Shown here in pieces: positions 26,578 to 40,525 of a stretch of 64,000 bases of DNA. Below the pieces are notes generated by a model, which was given only the letters and a program-made list of their open reading frames with translations, was not told the DNA's origin and searched no databases. The translations under genes were made by a program, and so were the position numbers. Each line of letters begins with the position of its first letter. Positions within the stretch are counted from its first letter, which is position 1. The stretch is taken from positions 12,400,001 through 12,464,000 of the forward strand of contig CM052817.1 in assembly GCA_028534125.1 (NCBI GenBank). The letters run 5' to 3'. The stretch is from Lama glama. Lineage: Eukaryota.

Positions 26578-27077
26578 NNNNNNNNNNNNNNNNNNNNNNN
26601 NNNNNNNNNNNNNNNNNNNNNNNNNNNNNNNNNNNNNNNNNNNNNNNNNNNNNNNNNNNNNNNNNNNNNNNNNNNNNNNNNNNNNNNNNNNNNNNNNNNN
26701 NNNNNNNNNNNNNNNNNNNNNNNNNNNNNNNNNNNNNNNNNNNNNNNNNNNNNNNNNNNNNNNNNNNNNNNNNNNNNNNNNNNNNNNNNNNNNNNNNNNN
26801 NNNNNNNNNNNNNNNNNNNNNNNNNNNNNNNNNNNNNNNNNNNNNNNNNNNNNNNNNNNNNNNNNNNNNNNNNNNNNNNNNNNNNNNNNNNNNNNNNNNN
26901 NNNNNNNNNNNNNNNNNNNNNNNNNNNNNNNNNNNNNNNNNNNNNNNNNNNNNNNNNNNNNNNNNNNNNNNNNNNNNNNNNNNNNNNNNNNNNNNNNNNN
27001 NNNNNNNNNNNNNNNNNNNNNNNNNNNNNNNNNNNNNNNNNNNNNNNNNNNNNNNNNNNNNNNNNNNNNNNNNNNNN
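26578..27077. other. Assembly gap (500 N)
   Basis: N run. Confidence 1.
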
Positions 27078-28239
27078 CCAGAGCCAAGTCTCCTCTCTCC
27101 TATACCCTCTGCTGTAACTTGACCTGTTCATACTGACTTTGAAGAATATGGACCTTTGAATTTTGCAATTGAGTACAAAATAAGAAATCCCAAGTACAAA
27201 GATCAGATTTCGAGTATAAAGAAAAAGAATAATATACTTTTCACCTGAGAAAATGTATTGTCATATTCACCAGTGATAATAATGAAGAGGCTTTCCTTTT
27301 CCAAAGAAAGGTTTTGTTTAGAAAGGAAACTGGACTTTAGGTTTAAGTTGATGGAAAATGAGATGTACAATAATATTAATTTCAGGATCTTCTTGACAAA
27401 TTCCAGGCATTCTTCCCTTTCTCTGTTTTAGAAATGAGGGAGGGAGTTTTGGCTTTCCTGAGTTCTGAGCCTCTAAAGAGATAAGAGCAAACAGGCCAAA
27501 AGAAATCAAAGGAGGGCTGTGATTCACTGTGCCGCGCACAGGACTCCAGAGGGAGGTATCGGGGTTTAAGTGCCAGCATTTCCTTCCCAGATTTCTTTAC
27601 TCAGGTGTGAAGGTGTGTGATCCAATTTCATCTTGTTTGTCCAGTGACAATTATTTCCTCGAAATATTTTCTTTATATACATTTGTTAGCACAATGAGGT
27701 ACCACTTAGTTAAACCCAGGAAATCAGAAATTCCTAAAAATAGAATCACCTTCAGTAATTCATGGAAAAGCCAAGCCTCCAGGACACAATTATGAAAACA
27801 GAGATAATGAATAATAATTGGAACCTCAAGTTAATTGACAATTATGATATCCAATATTCCTGGTATAGTCTCTTAATCACATTAGAAATGACACATTCAC
27901 GCTCTTTAAGTCCAATAATTGCACTAAAGTCTTAGATAGATTTCTGGTTTTCTTGGCAGATAAAGGAGGCTCTGACCTCTGCTCATGCTTAGATAGTGGT
28001 CCTTTCATAAAAATTTCATACTTAAGAAAACCTCCTTAGCTCCTCAATCACTTTAAATTTATTTCAAAAAGATCTTTGCTGCCTAAAGCAAGCTAATAGC
28101 ATATTGTTCTTTGGGGGGGGCATTTATGAATTCCAGATAAGAACACTTTGCCAATTTTATTATCTATATACATGAGATAGGAGAGTGACCTGTAGGATTT
28201 TCAGCAGAAGTAGTGGTAACCTTCATATAGGGCTAGATC

Positions 28240-28900
28240 ATTACATATTTAACAGATCCATGAGCAACTGACATCTGGAAAACATTCTTCTGGTGCTGTG
28301 ATGGCTACAAAGATCATATGGATCAGCAACATTGCTTAAAGCTTACAGTTTTGCAATGGAGATGAGACGTGTACATAAAATACTCTAACGATGATCAGAA
28401 CTAATACAGATCCATAAGAAGCACACCCAGTATGAGAATACAAATCAGAGAATAGGAGCCATAGAAGCTAAAGTAAGGAAACTGTATTCCTCCCACAGAA
28501 GATAGGAATGTTTTTAATGAAGAACACGGCAAGTTCTAAATGGAAAGACAGGATGCAAACTTGTGAAGAGAATGTAAGCGATATTTTGGATATAAGGAAA
28601 AATTGGGGCAAAAAAGATAGGCAAGAAATTATAGGACCTTTATCCCAGGTTTCTAGGGTCATAGAAAATATTTTCACCAGTGAAAACAGAGTTAGGAAAT
28701 GACTTACTGGGTCATGGAAATGCTTGGGTGCATGTGAAAAATTGGGAGTGCTGAGTGAAAGTTTCTTTGAAGGAGACTGCCCTGGGTCTTTGATGTGCTT
28801 AGAACTGGACATTTAGAATATGAATCTGTCAATAGTTATTAAGACAGATTTTGGTGGTTAGAAACTGGCTGGAGTGTCTCAGTTAAAAGATTACTGTTGT
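28240..28900 (-). mobile_element. Degraded L2 fragment
   Basis: 'aaagcttacagttttgcaatggagatgagac' and the following purine-rich L2-like segment. Confidence 0.5.
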
Positions 28901-29199
28901 GGATTTTTATAACAGCACAATTGGAGTGGCAAATATTAATATCGGCACTGGACCAGATGGCAGACACAAAGGTCCAGGAAAAAAATGCTATAGAATTTTT
29001 TATTTATGGTAAAATTACTACATGTCTATTTTACAAAATACTAATTAAAAAGAACAGCTATTAGTAAAAGGATTCTCTGGTGAAATGTGTTGAGTAGATA
29101 ATAAGTACTTGATTTTGAGACCTTTCAGAGCCTTCATTTTATCAACTTGCATTGTCAAGAGAGCTCTGTTATAAACGATGGTATCTAAAGACGAATAGT

Positions 29200-29450
29200 G
29201 ATGGTGATGATGATTTCAGCATCACTGTGTCAAGCAGTGTGCCAAACACTTTACAGGTATTATCTCATTTAAATCCATTAATGACCATATGAAAGAAGTA
29301 TAATTATTATTATCATTATGCTCATTTACAAGTAAAAAAACCTCCAGATATAGATCCCTTAATACTTTTTCTAAGGCTATATGGCTCCCATGTCATGGAA
29401 CTGAAGTTTGAATATAGACGTTGACTCCATACCTAGAATCTTAACCATGA
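29200..29450 (-). mobile_element. MIR SINE
   Basis: 'tgtgtcaagcagtgtgccaaacactttaca...tatctcatttaaatcc...tcttaacca'. Confidence 0.75.
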
Positions 29451-29794
29451 TTATACAATTAGTAAGAAACCATTTATAGAAATATGTATCTAATGTTTTA
29501 AATTAATTGTGTCTGAAACTATTATTAAATATATGAAACTAGAAACTCATTAAATGCTCCAAAATCATGGAATTAATACATTCTTTTTTATGAAATAGTG
29601 TTAGTAGGTATCAAAAACTATATTTTCAAGCATTAGTCATGATATCTGAATATAACCGAGTACAATATTAAATGAAAAGTACAGTGCACACAACAATGTA
29701 TAGCGTGATCTTAGAGCTGTTATTATAAAAATACAGGAAAGAAATGAATTCACTTCTCCAAATAACAAATAAAATATGTATTTGTTATTCAATT

Positions 29795-29845
29795 TTTTTC
29801 ATATTTTTCTCTATTTTCACATTTTTCATATTTTTCTCTATTTTC
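29795..29845. repeat. Two-copy tandem duplication, period 27
   Basis: tttttcatatttttctctattttc at 29795-29818 and 29822-29845. Confidence 0.9.
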
Positions 29846-32800
29846 TAGATTAAACCATAATGAAAATATATTGTTATAAGGTATTTGAGTTTTATAATCA
29901 GCATTTGTGTTTTCTCATTGTAGAACATAGTATCTGAATTTAATTTCTTTTTTCAAAGTAGGGAGGACAGATAAGAATCTCTATTTTTATGTTACGGACC
30001 AGTTGAAATCTCTCTAATCACCATTCATTCTTCTTAAAAGAAAATTCAAACTTCTTTCAGCGGCCTCTAATGCAAAAGTCATTATGAGTACGGAACCAAG
30101 CTAGTCTTATTCAAGAAAAGTATTTTGGGAGGTGAGACTGATTCACTAAAGTAGCATCAGATGAGAGAAAATCAAACCCTGTTTGGAGACAGCTCTTCAT
30201 ATGGAACATCGTCAAAATCATGCATCCTCACTTGCTTGAGCTGAAGAAAGACATTAGCGTTTTGTTTTCACTTAATTCTTTATTCATCTGTATTTATTTG
30301 ATGTTTTCCATTTTGTATACAATCTAAACTGCCAAAAGAACCCCACAATTAATTGCTTTCATGTATTAGTGAGCATTGACACTAGTTACCAGTCTTGGAG
30401 AAATAGCCGTGGTTAATCTGTTCTAATTATTACGTATTTTTAAGAGTTAGCTGTAACACCATAGATTACTCAGCAATCACTTAACTACACTTAGAACACC
30501 CATTTCAGCCCGGAAATTTTCTATTTTTTTTTCTTTTTATTTGTTTGGTTGTATAAGTAGGGATCAGGGATCCATTTTTATCACATGTAACTTTCAAAAT
30601 TAAATTTGGCTAAAGCAATGAGATTTTATTTCCAAAGAACTTAGTTCAATGTACTCAACACAAACACAGATAAAGTTGGATTGTTCAGCAATTTTATTTT
30701 TCTGATTCTTCAAACAAATAATTAGCTTGAATCATAAAAGGAACAGTCCTACTGTTTGTAAGTATAAGAATTTTTGGTATTAAAGGAGACTTTGGATATT
30801 TTAAAGCATGCTTTCTGTTGTTTTTCTGTAAGTTTAAAATATCATTAACTCAAACATTACTATGCAGAAAATTTCAACCAAATGTAAAACAAAGAGTGGC
30901 ATATCTTTTCAAAATAAGGAAGAGAGAGATTGTTACTAAGAATACACAGTAGGAAAGGGAAAATCAGTAACTGACAATTTAAACTTCTAAGGATCAAGAG
31001 AGAAAGCCATCTGGATTTAATCAGCATAAATCTATAGCTTGCATTAGCTCCACAATTAAGATAGTCATAAAAATCCACTGTGCCAGAGCTTTCCTGAATC
31101 ATAATTTAACCATGATACTTTATCAAATAACTCTTTCATGCTTCAATTTAAGACCGCAAAGAAAATGCATGAAGCAAATAGGTTCTGAAAAAGGAAAAAA
31201 AAAAAATTTACCAATTGGCTGTTACTTTTCTTCTGGTTAATATAACTGATTAGAAATCATTCTTTTACTGATTTGATCATTCTATTTTAATAATCTATGA
31301 TATTATTTATCAATAAGATATATTTTTATAATAATACCAGATTAAGTAGATTTGCATTTCATTAATCAAATGAAAAGAAAATCTGGATATTTTAATTCTA
31401 GAAGAAGCAATTATTATATCATCATAATAACAGTGTATAGGAAACCACGGGGTCTAGATCCAGGGTGCTTGAATTTTAGAGGACAACTTAGCATTTATAT
31501 ATTACATTTCATTTTGTTGCATTTTATATACATATTTAAAATATTATCAAGTTTCAGAAAATATGGGAGATACATGGGTGAATTTAAAAACAAAAAGAAG
31601 TGAAGGAAAAGTATTAAATTGGAAAATGGTAGAAATCAGACTGAACATTTGGACAGTGGACTGGTCAAATCAAGGAAAAGCTTCTATCACATATTCGTGT
31701 CTTTTAGAGAAGAATTTTAGGAAATGAGGCAGAAATGAAATTTGGAGCTTGGCAAACACAGGACATTCAGAGTCACTAGATATTCAGAGGAATGTTGGGG
31801 AAGAAAATGAGATTTTCAACATTTCCTGAGATGATGTCCAACCTAATTTTTTTAAATCTCTAAAAGTAAAATGACTTCAATGAGCATTTGGATTGCTAAG
31901 TACTGAGCTGAAGGGGACAGTCAATAGGTTTGAGAGAGAAAAGAACAAGGAAGCTGTGAAGATATGGATGAGAACCTGGGCAAAGGGTAGAGAATAATAA
32001 AAGCTCAGTACAGAAAGATTCAGCTAAATAAAGAGACAATTATCTATGGCTATGACATAGATGAGCAAATAATTTTCCATAAACAAAGCTTAAAATGTTA
32101 ACAGTGGTTGAGTTCATTAAGCATGAGGCTATCAGAAAAGTAAAAAAAAAAAAAAAAAATAGGGTCCAACAGAGGATGTATCCGGACCTAATCAGAAAGG
32201 AATGAGAAGGAATGAAGATAATTAAATGCCATCTTACTCTCAAAGGAATGAGGAAATTAAGTACCATCACATACCTGGATGAGGGAAGACTTTGTGCAAG
32301 AAGATTCCTGTAGAACGGTTGCCTGTGGAAATACCTGCCTTTCTCCAATTAGGGGAAAAGTAGTTTTATCCCCAAACCAGCTTGGAAAGTGCTATAGAAC
32401 ACTGTCACATTCCTCCATGAAGATTCGTAATTCTTATTAGCACGCTAAAGTTCCAGACACAGTGTGCATCAAAAAAATAAATATTTTTTAACTTATTTAC
32501 CTTTATTTAACACCGTATTAAAACTTCTTGCAAAGGACATAGCTTATCCCTTCATGCCAGTGTGATAAAATTTGGCGTAACAATGTTGATAGAGAAAAGA
32601 AAGTTCAAAGATTTAAGCCTGTACCGAGCTGAGTTCCTGTGATTTTTCTGAACAGTAAATTGTATTTTCTGAAGACATCCATTTGTGTGTGTATGTGGTA
32701 ACAATTTTCTTTCTGAATGAATACTGGGTTTTGGACTAGAATAGAGAGCAAGCCGAGTAACAGGTACTGCCAAATAACAATGAAATGCAGAGTAGGTTTC

Positions 32801-32944
32801 CCTGCCCTTTCCTCATAGACTCATGGATACCGCAAGGAAAACCAAGACCAGTAGAGGCAGTGACTGCTCTGAGAGGGTCTTCTTTTTGAGTTTGCACAGA
32901 TAGAGGACTTCTAATGAAAAGCATATAGTTGGTTCTTATTCCAA

Positions 32945-34655
32945 AAGAACAAATAACTTGTAGTATACACATATGATAGAGCAATACAGAGAAATACACT
33001 TAGTGAACTACTGACGCATATACAGCAGGAATGAATCTTGAACATTATGATTAACAAATGCAGCCAGAGGACTAGATACTGTATGGATCCATTTATAGGA
33101 AGTTCTAAAAGAGGCAAACATAATGAATGAGGGAAAAAGGTCAGAAAAGTGGGGATTCAGGAGATGTGTTGGCTGACAAGAAGCACAGTGGAATTTTCGT
33201 GGGGGCTGGAAAGGTTCTCTCTTGATAGTGGTGTAGATGGTGTCACATCCATCTAACAGTACACTTGAGATCTATTCATATCATTATACATAAATTTCAC
33301 ACCCCCCCATTAAAAAGAGGTATACAAAATTTGGGGCTTTAGTTAGCAGAGTTTTTTTTTTAAATAATGATATTGGTTCAGAACTCAGGAACTACTTTTT
33401 ATGTATTTTTAACTTGAGAAATGAGTAAATATATTAAAGATAACGGGAGACAAGTTTCTTGCTATTGGTTAAAAAAGTTCTTGATATAAAAAAGTGTAAA
33501 ATTAAATATACCCTGCAGTGCTGGAGTGGAACTGAATACCTCAGAATGTACTCATATTTCATAAACAAACATATACATGTATACATATATGTGTATAAGT
33601 GCACACACATATATATGTAAATACACATACAAACATATGGGGAGACAGTGAGAGAGAGAAATAGGCAAATATACCTGTGTTTCTGTGGACAGACACAAAC
33701 ACATACATACAGAGAGAAGGAAGTAGAAATAGGTAAATATGTTTGTATATGTGCATATAAATATATACTTACATGTGCATGTGTGTGTGCACACATGTCC
33801 CAGCTCTGTATGTTGAGCAGGGCTAGAACCATTATTGTCAATTCATTAGAAATGTGCAAATTGTTTCCAAATCCTGCTTTCCAATAACAATAACTATGGA
33901 TTCTTGGAGAAAAAGCTAAATCCAGGATTGGGGCAGAATATCTGGATCATCAATAGATAAGAAATTAATCAAGTTACTTAAGAATGATGGGAACTTATCA
34001 AAAGCACAGAGGAGCCAACTTGAGAGAGCTCCACCTCTCCGAGACTGGGAAATTTTGAGGACTGATGTAAATAATGGCAATAACATATTACAGCTCACTG
34101 AATAAAATAAAAACCCTCGAGTCTACAGTTGTATCAATAGATCAATCAGTTAATCAATAGACAGAGAGAGAGCAAAGCTCTTCCTTACAGTAGAATATTA
34201 AATGAAAAATATAGAAGGAATGATTTAATAAGAAAATTAATTACTAGATGCTCAAACTAATGAGTACATTTTTAATGACTTGCAAGGTATTACATTATAA
34301 CATGATATCTCCCCACAAATTACCTAGTTGACACAAAGGAAACTTCATGGTGGAAAAGTTGAAATCTCCAATATTGAGAAAAATCAACGTCCTATGATGT
34401 GATGCACAAAAAAGGGCATATCACTTCTGATATTCCTCTAAACATGCACAAATAAATCTAGACATAAATAGAACGGAATTCTATAAAACGCCTCGTTTAT
34501 GCTCTTAGGAAATGTCAAGATTAAGAAAAATATTGAAAGAGACAAAGGAAATAGGGCAACTGAATTAGTGAAGGATTCTGCATTGAATCCTGGAATAAGT
34601 AGCTATAAGGAATAATATTGGGGCAATTACAGAAACTTGACTATGGATAATAGAG
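32945..34655 (+). mobile_element. L1MC4-like 3' end with long 3'UTR
   Basis: 'atgaatcttgaacattatg...atactgtatggatccatttataggaagttcta', 'aaaagcacagaggagccaacttga', 'aaagctcttccttacagtagaat', 'atatctccccacaaattac'. Confidence 0.8.
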
Positions 34656-34659
34656 TCCT

Positions 34660-34835
34660 ATCCAAGATAGAACTTTTTGTATAAGTTCTGATAACAAATG
34701 TTAGACTTTGGGAACCATATGGTTTTTATTGAAACTACTTAACTATGTGTTGTTAACAAGAAGGTAGTAGAGATAGTATGTGAATGAATGAGTTCAACTG
34801 TGTTCAAAATAAACTTTATTTATAAAAACAAGTGA
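34660..34835 (+). mobile_element. MER58A hAT-Charlie DNA transposon remnant
   Basis: 'ccatatggt...aactacttaact...ctgtgttcaaaataaactttatttataaaaaca'. Confidence 0.75.
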
Positions 34836-34959
34836 TATAATAACAGAGTCCAGACTAATATACAAGGGAATGTTCTCCTTCTTTTTCTGTCTTACCTGGA
34901 ATTAATAGAAAATTTTATATAGTTTTATTTTATCTTGCCTTTTGGCATATCAATCATAT

Positions 34960-35450
34960 TTCTTTGTAAATAGTTTTACCTTTAAACAACATTGTATAAC
35001 TTCACATTAATGCAGGCACCTTATAACAGAGCATTTCCAATTCTTTTCTCCTGTAACTTATGACATTGCTGTCTTTCACTTTATTTATCCATATCATGCA
35101 ATTACCCAGTACATTGTCATTATTATGTTAACAGTTACCTTATAGATCAATTAAGAAAAAAATAATTTTTAAATTTACCTTTCTTGATTCCTTCACTTAT
35201 GACCCTCCTTCCTTTTTGCAGCTACAAGTTCTGACCCATATAATTTTCCCTTTGGCTGAAGAACTTCTTTTAACATTTCCTACAGAATGGATCTGCTGGG
35301 AGCAGGTCTGAAGTGTTCCTCCATTTTTTGTTTGTTCTAAGAATGCCTGACCCTCTGCATTCTCCTATCTCCCCAGGTTTGTTCAGTTTTTCTTGCTGTA
35401 AAGACAGGAGTAATGGCTTCTAAGCTCTTTAACTGTCAGGGCTGTATAAA
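34960..35450 (-). mobile_element. Old L1M 5'/inter-ORF fragment
   Basis: 'ctgaagaacttcttttaacatttc...gatctgctgg'. Confidence 0.65.
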
Positions 35451-36098
35451 GAAATATTTCAACTGAGCATTTGAAATAAATGTCTTCTTGGGATTCCCCT
35501 TTATCCCATCTTTATATTACAGGAATCTTCACAAATATAATTTACTTTCATTCTGGGGAAAGGGACCCTCAGTGAAATATGTTCAGATTTCCCAATAAAT
35601 GAATTGTCCCATCAAAGAATTCAACTGCATTTCATAGAAGCACCTTGTTCAGCTATAGGTCTTTCTTTTGGAGGATCCTTATCTTCTAAAGTTCCTATAC
35701 ACTTATGTGGATGTGATTGGCAGTTCCTACTGATCTAGTGGTATCCTAGATAATATTTAACAAGTTTTATGTCTGTTTATTTTAAATATATTCAATCATC
35801 ATGTCTAAAAAATCCCCTGCATAATTCTAAATAAAACTCAGAAAATAGCATCACGTTATAACCTAGTACCTATATCTGCAATATTGCCATATCTTTCTTA
35901 TAACTCTTACAGAACGCAAGACTTCAAAAGAAAGAATAGGGGTTTTGATAACACTTAATCTCATGCACCTTAATCCACTCATTTCCTTTTTTCCTTCTCC
36001 CTTGCCTTCTTTCTCTCATTTCCCCAGTCCTCTCTTTCATTTCTGATTCTTTCCTTTTCCTATTCTGCCTTCTCTTGATTTAATTCCATTTGCATATT

Positions 36099-36318
36099 NN
36101 NNNNNNNNNNNNNNNNNNNNNNNNNNNNNNNNNNNNNNNNNNNNNNNNNNNNNNNNNNNNNNNNNNNNNNNNNNNNNNNNNNNNNNNNNNNNNNNNNNNN
36201 NNNNNNNNNNNNNNNNNNNNNNNNNNNNNNNNNNNNNNNNNNNNNNNNNNNNNNNNNNNNNNNNNNNNNNNNNNNNNNNNNNNNNNNNNNNNNNNNNNNN
36301 NNNNNNNNNNNNNNNNNN
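36099..36318. other. Assembly gap (220 N)
   Basis: N run. Confidence 1.
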
Positions 36319-37182
36319 TTCTCCTTGAAGTTTCATTGCTTAATGCCTCTTTCCTCTCAACATATTACTTAAAGCCTTATATCTTACAGTGACTATTTAA
36401 TACAGGAGTAACATTGATGACTTAAGCATTTGCTGACCTCTAATTTATGGAAAACAGAAGAAAGAAAATGTACTGATACATTGATTTCCAAGAACTGACT
36501 AGTAGAATACTTCCATTATTCTCAGAGAACAAAGGCATTGATAACTTTTTAGCTTTTGCATAACTGATTTTTTTCATATTATGACTAATGTAGTTTACTT
36601 GGGCTGAAATTACTGTAAAAATCCTCTGAATCTGTTTTGTCATTCATCTTTGGGGTGAAAGTTTACAGTTGCTAAAGTTACCTTCTGGTATGTGCTACTG
36701 CATGGGAAGCCAAGTAATTGCTTGATGTCTTGACGTTAATACCACCTCATTCTTTCACAGTGAAGAAAAATTAATAAAACTGTAGACATGGAAAAATTTT
36801 GGAATTCTGCTTGGAGAGAATGAATTTAGTGCAGAATCATGAATATGGTAACCAAATGACCACTAAGCCACCCACAACTTTTAGAACTTTAAAAAAATAG
36901 ATGAGGAAGGAAAAGGAAGACCATATACTGCACAATTAAATACTAAGCTTTTGAGCTTAGAGAATCAGTGTTATACTGTTTCCTGTTCTCTACACGGCAC
37001 CACCTCCAAGGGGCTAAGAGCACAATAGCTTCCTGATTAGCACATAATGTAACTAGTATATACTAGCAATCCAGGAACCAGCACTGATTGGCTAAGGAGC
37101 TGCGGTTTCCCTGCTGGCTTTAGAGACACAACTTGGCTACACTTCTTAAGAAAGGGGTGAAGGAAGGGATACAATTAATAAC

Positions 37183-37760
37183 ATGGATGTTTTAAAATAT
37201 GTCTTCAAATTCTTTTGACATTCCTTTCACTGAAATAGGGATCTATGTTCCCTCTCCTTAAAACTGGATGTACATTTGTGGCTGTTTCAACCAATAGAGT
37301 TCAAAAGGAAATAATATTAGTGACATGTGAAGCTAGACCATAAAATGTGGTGTAGCTTCAGCCTTGATCATTGGAATAATCACACTTGAAATCCTTAGAT
37401 GCCATGTGAACACTATCACAGTTGTCAAACTGAGAGGAAGGTTAAAGCAGCCCCATGGAGAGATTACATATAGGAGCTTTGAGACCACACAGACACACAC
37501 ACGTGCATGTATGCACACATGCCAACCCCACACACACTTGCACGGGCCCAGAAAGCCCCTGTTGTTCCAGTCACCTGATGTTCCAGCTCCAGCCATAATC
37601 TGACTGTAACTGCATGAGAAAACCCAAACCAGAACTCCCGATCTCAGTCCATCTCCATTTCCTAGCCCGCAGAATCCAAGACAGCATGAAACATAACATA
37701 GTGATGACTGCTGTTTCAAGACTCTAACGAGTTGTTGCACAGCAATAGGTGGCCAGAACA
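37183..37760 (+). mobile_element. MaLR solo LTR, MLT1G-like
   Basis: 'caaattcttttgacattcct...tctatgttccctctcctt...accaatagagt', 'tctgactgtaactgcatgaga', ends 'cagcaataggtggccagaaca'. Confidence 0.85.
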
Positions 37761-37892
37761 AGTGTAATTCTTGTTTGTTTTTGTTTTGCCTCATAGGATC
37801 TCAAATTTAATGATGCGTGGTTGCACATAGTGTTTGAAATGAGTGTAGAGTTAAAGAGTCATTAAGTATACAATAACCAGAAAATACTCACC

Positions 37893-38391
37893 TGTATTCA
37901 CTAATGCAGGGTACTGCAGAGAAAAAAGAACCAATAGGATATGTATGTAGATAGATAGATAGGTAGATAGATAGATAGATAGATAGATCAACAGATAGAT
38001 AGATAGGGGTATAGATAGATACAGATATATACATTTATATTAAGCAATTGGCTCACATAACTGTGGAGGCTAGGAGAGAGAGAGAGTTGATCTGGAGATC
38101 CAAGAAAGAGTTGCAGATTGAATCCAGAGACAATCTACTGGTGAACCAGGAAGAGCTGATGATGAAAAGTCCAAAAATGGTCTGTTGACAGAATTCCTTC
38201 TTGTTCAGGGGAGGTCAGCCTTTTGTTCTTTAACAGTCAGATCTTTAACTTATTGGATGAGGCCCATCCACATTCTAGAGGGCAACCCACTTTACTAAAA
38301 ATATACTTATTTAAATATAAATCTTATCCAAGAATCACATTTACATTCTGAATAACATTCCAGCTGAGTTGACACAGAATTAATCATCTCA
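37893..38391 (-). mobile_element. ERVL solo LTR, MLT2B-like
   Basis: 'cagagaaaaaagaaccaatagga', 'aattggctcaca', 'ttggatgaggcccatccacatt...gagggcaa', 'gttgacacagaattaatcatctca'. Confidence 0.88.
37948..38025. repeat. (TAGA)n microsatellite within the MLT2B LTR
   Basis: Interrupted tagatagataga array. Confidence 0.9.
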
Positions 38392-38489
38392 CCCCTTGAG
38401 TTAAAAGCAAGGTGGTCTCTTTTGATATAAGGTCAAATTTATTCATTAATTGCTTTAAAGACTGAAGAGAATTTTTTAAACATTTCTGT

Positions 38490-38620
38490 GCCTGATTATC
38501 TCCTGTATGTCATTGGTTTAATAATATAATTTATAAGAATGTTATAAAAATATAAATAAAAGCTACTGATATGTCTAACACAGTGCCTGGCATAGAGTAA
38601 GTGTCAATAAATGGTAACCC
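38490..38620 (+). mobile_element. MIR 3' fragment
   Basis: 'aacacagtgcctggcatagagtaagtgtcaataaatggta'. Confidence 0.7.
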
Positions 38621-40099
38621 TTGTACTCTTCACTTTAACATGTGTCACGGATAAACAGAGAAACATGCAACAGTAGGACTGGTACCTTGGTGGTCATCTA
38701 GTCCACACTTAAATCAAAGACATCCTACTATTATTTTTGTGTATTGAATAGAAGCTGGAATAGGAAAGGCAACAATGCACTACCTGTGCAACCAGGTCTC
38801 CTACTTCCTGGCAGAGTTACTAACTGAGTCATTTAGTTGAGCCCTTAAGAGGCATAGAATCCCTCCCAACACCATATTGCCAGCAACCACTATCAACAAA
38901 TATGACTTGGTTATTTAAGAGGAAGCCTATTGGTTTCCTGACCATAGATCCAGTTAATTCCACCACAGTCATTAAATATACATTCTGGACCACCTACTAT
39001 GTGCCATGCCCTGTGTCCTTTTAACATATGTTACTTTGCTCTTCACATTTATTAATTTCCCTCTATGTTTTATGTATGCAGGAATAGCCTCATTTAATAA
39101 AAATTAACATGGGCGACATCTTATGTTTATTATGTGCTACTTTACTCTGAATTGATTTATGAAAGGAAAAGTGGGGTTAGGAGACAGATGTGGGAGAAAT
39201 TTACCTGGGTGCAACTACTGAGGTAATTTCCAAGTTCTGAGGCCACCTTCAGAAGCTGAGATAAAAGAAATACCAGAGAAATATAATGACACAAAGAATT
39301 CATTCAGTTCAAGTGGTAAAATAAAGGTATAGTATTTCAAGCATAAATTGACCAATTCTGTTTCTGTATAACTCAGTAAAATACTGAGCATCAGGTACGT
39401 TCAAACCAGAATAAGTAATCTTAGAAGTAGGCTGACTATGACGTTAGCTAGCTAAAAGAGATAACGAATATTGGGGAAATGTGAAAACAAATTTCTTTAT
39501 TTATTAAGATGGGTCTTCAAGGTCAGGTTCCTTTCTTTTTAGGGATGAGTATATGAAGATGGAATTTCATTCATAGAAGGACTTGGAAGATGGAAGAGAC
39601 TCAAACAGTTTCTAGTACCAGGCGACAAGCTCTGACTGGACCCAGGCTCACAGATTGATGCAAGACAATAGACAGTTCTTAAGTCCCAAAGTGTTCATTT
39701 AGTTCTTATTAAGTGTTTGTTGTTCAGAATAATTGTTTGTCCTTGAAGCTGCAAGGATGCTGAGATTTCTGAAAAGAGAAAATTGGTTCCTACTACAGGA
39801 AAGGCAGGGACGCTGCATCCAGGAAGCATACAGAACCTGAAACTTCATAACCCTCCTCTTGCCTTCTTAGGGAAGTCTAGTGGGACTTCCAGTGGGTTAT
39901 AAAAGGTTTAATAATTTGTCATTTCTAACTTTTGGTACAATTTTAAATTGATATAGGAAACTACCCTATACCTTAAATTCAGTAATTGTTTACATTTTCT
40001 CTGTTTTGTTATTATCCTTCTCTCATATGTATGTGTATATATATATTTATTTCTGAATTTTTGAGATTAAGTTAAGCACATCATAATAACCCTTTATCA

Positions 40100-40510
40100 C
40101 TTTATGAGTTAAAATGTGTTCCCCCAAAAAGCTATGTTGGAGTCCTAATCTCAGCATCTCAGAATGTGACCATATTTAGAAATAGTCTCTGTGAAGGTAA
40201 CCAAGTTAGAATAAGGTCATTTAGGTGAGTCCTAATCCAATACAACTGTTAATCTTATAAAAAGTGAAAAAAATGGGCACAGGTACACACACAGGGAGAC
40301 TGGAATTAAACTGCCACAAGTCAAAGAACTACCAAAAACCAAAAGAGAGGTCTGGATCAATTCCTTACCTAGAAACTTCAGAGGGAATATGGCTCTGCTG
40401 ATACCTTAATCTTGGACTTCTAGCCTCCAGAATTGCAAACAATACATTTCTGTTGTTGAAGCCACCAAGTTTGTGGCATTTTATTGTGGAAGCTCTAGCA
40501 GACTAACACA
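40100..40510 (+). mobile_element. MaLR solo LTR, MLT1B-like
   Basis: 'tatgttggagtcctaa...ctcagaatgtgac', 'cctaatccaata', 'ggacttctagcctccagaa', ends 'ctagcagactaacaca'. Confidence 0.9.
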
Positions 40511-40525
40511 GAGTGTAGATCTACT

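Noticed and set aside
26520-27131. Long ORFs spanning N runs (also at 36.1, 49.7 and 52.5 kb)
   Set aside because: Assembly-gap artefacts.
33434-33887. Overlapping Y/C/V/I-rich ORFs
   Set aside because: Produced by alternating purine-pyrimidine low-complexity sequence in the L1MC4 3'UTR.
37333-37794. 153-aa minus-strand ORF
   Set aside because: Antisense through an MLT1G LTR and a CA-rich tract.
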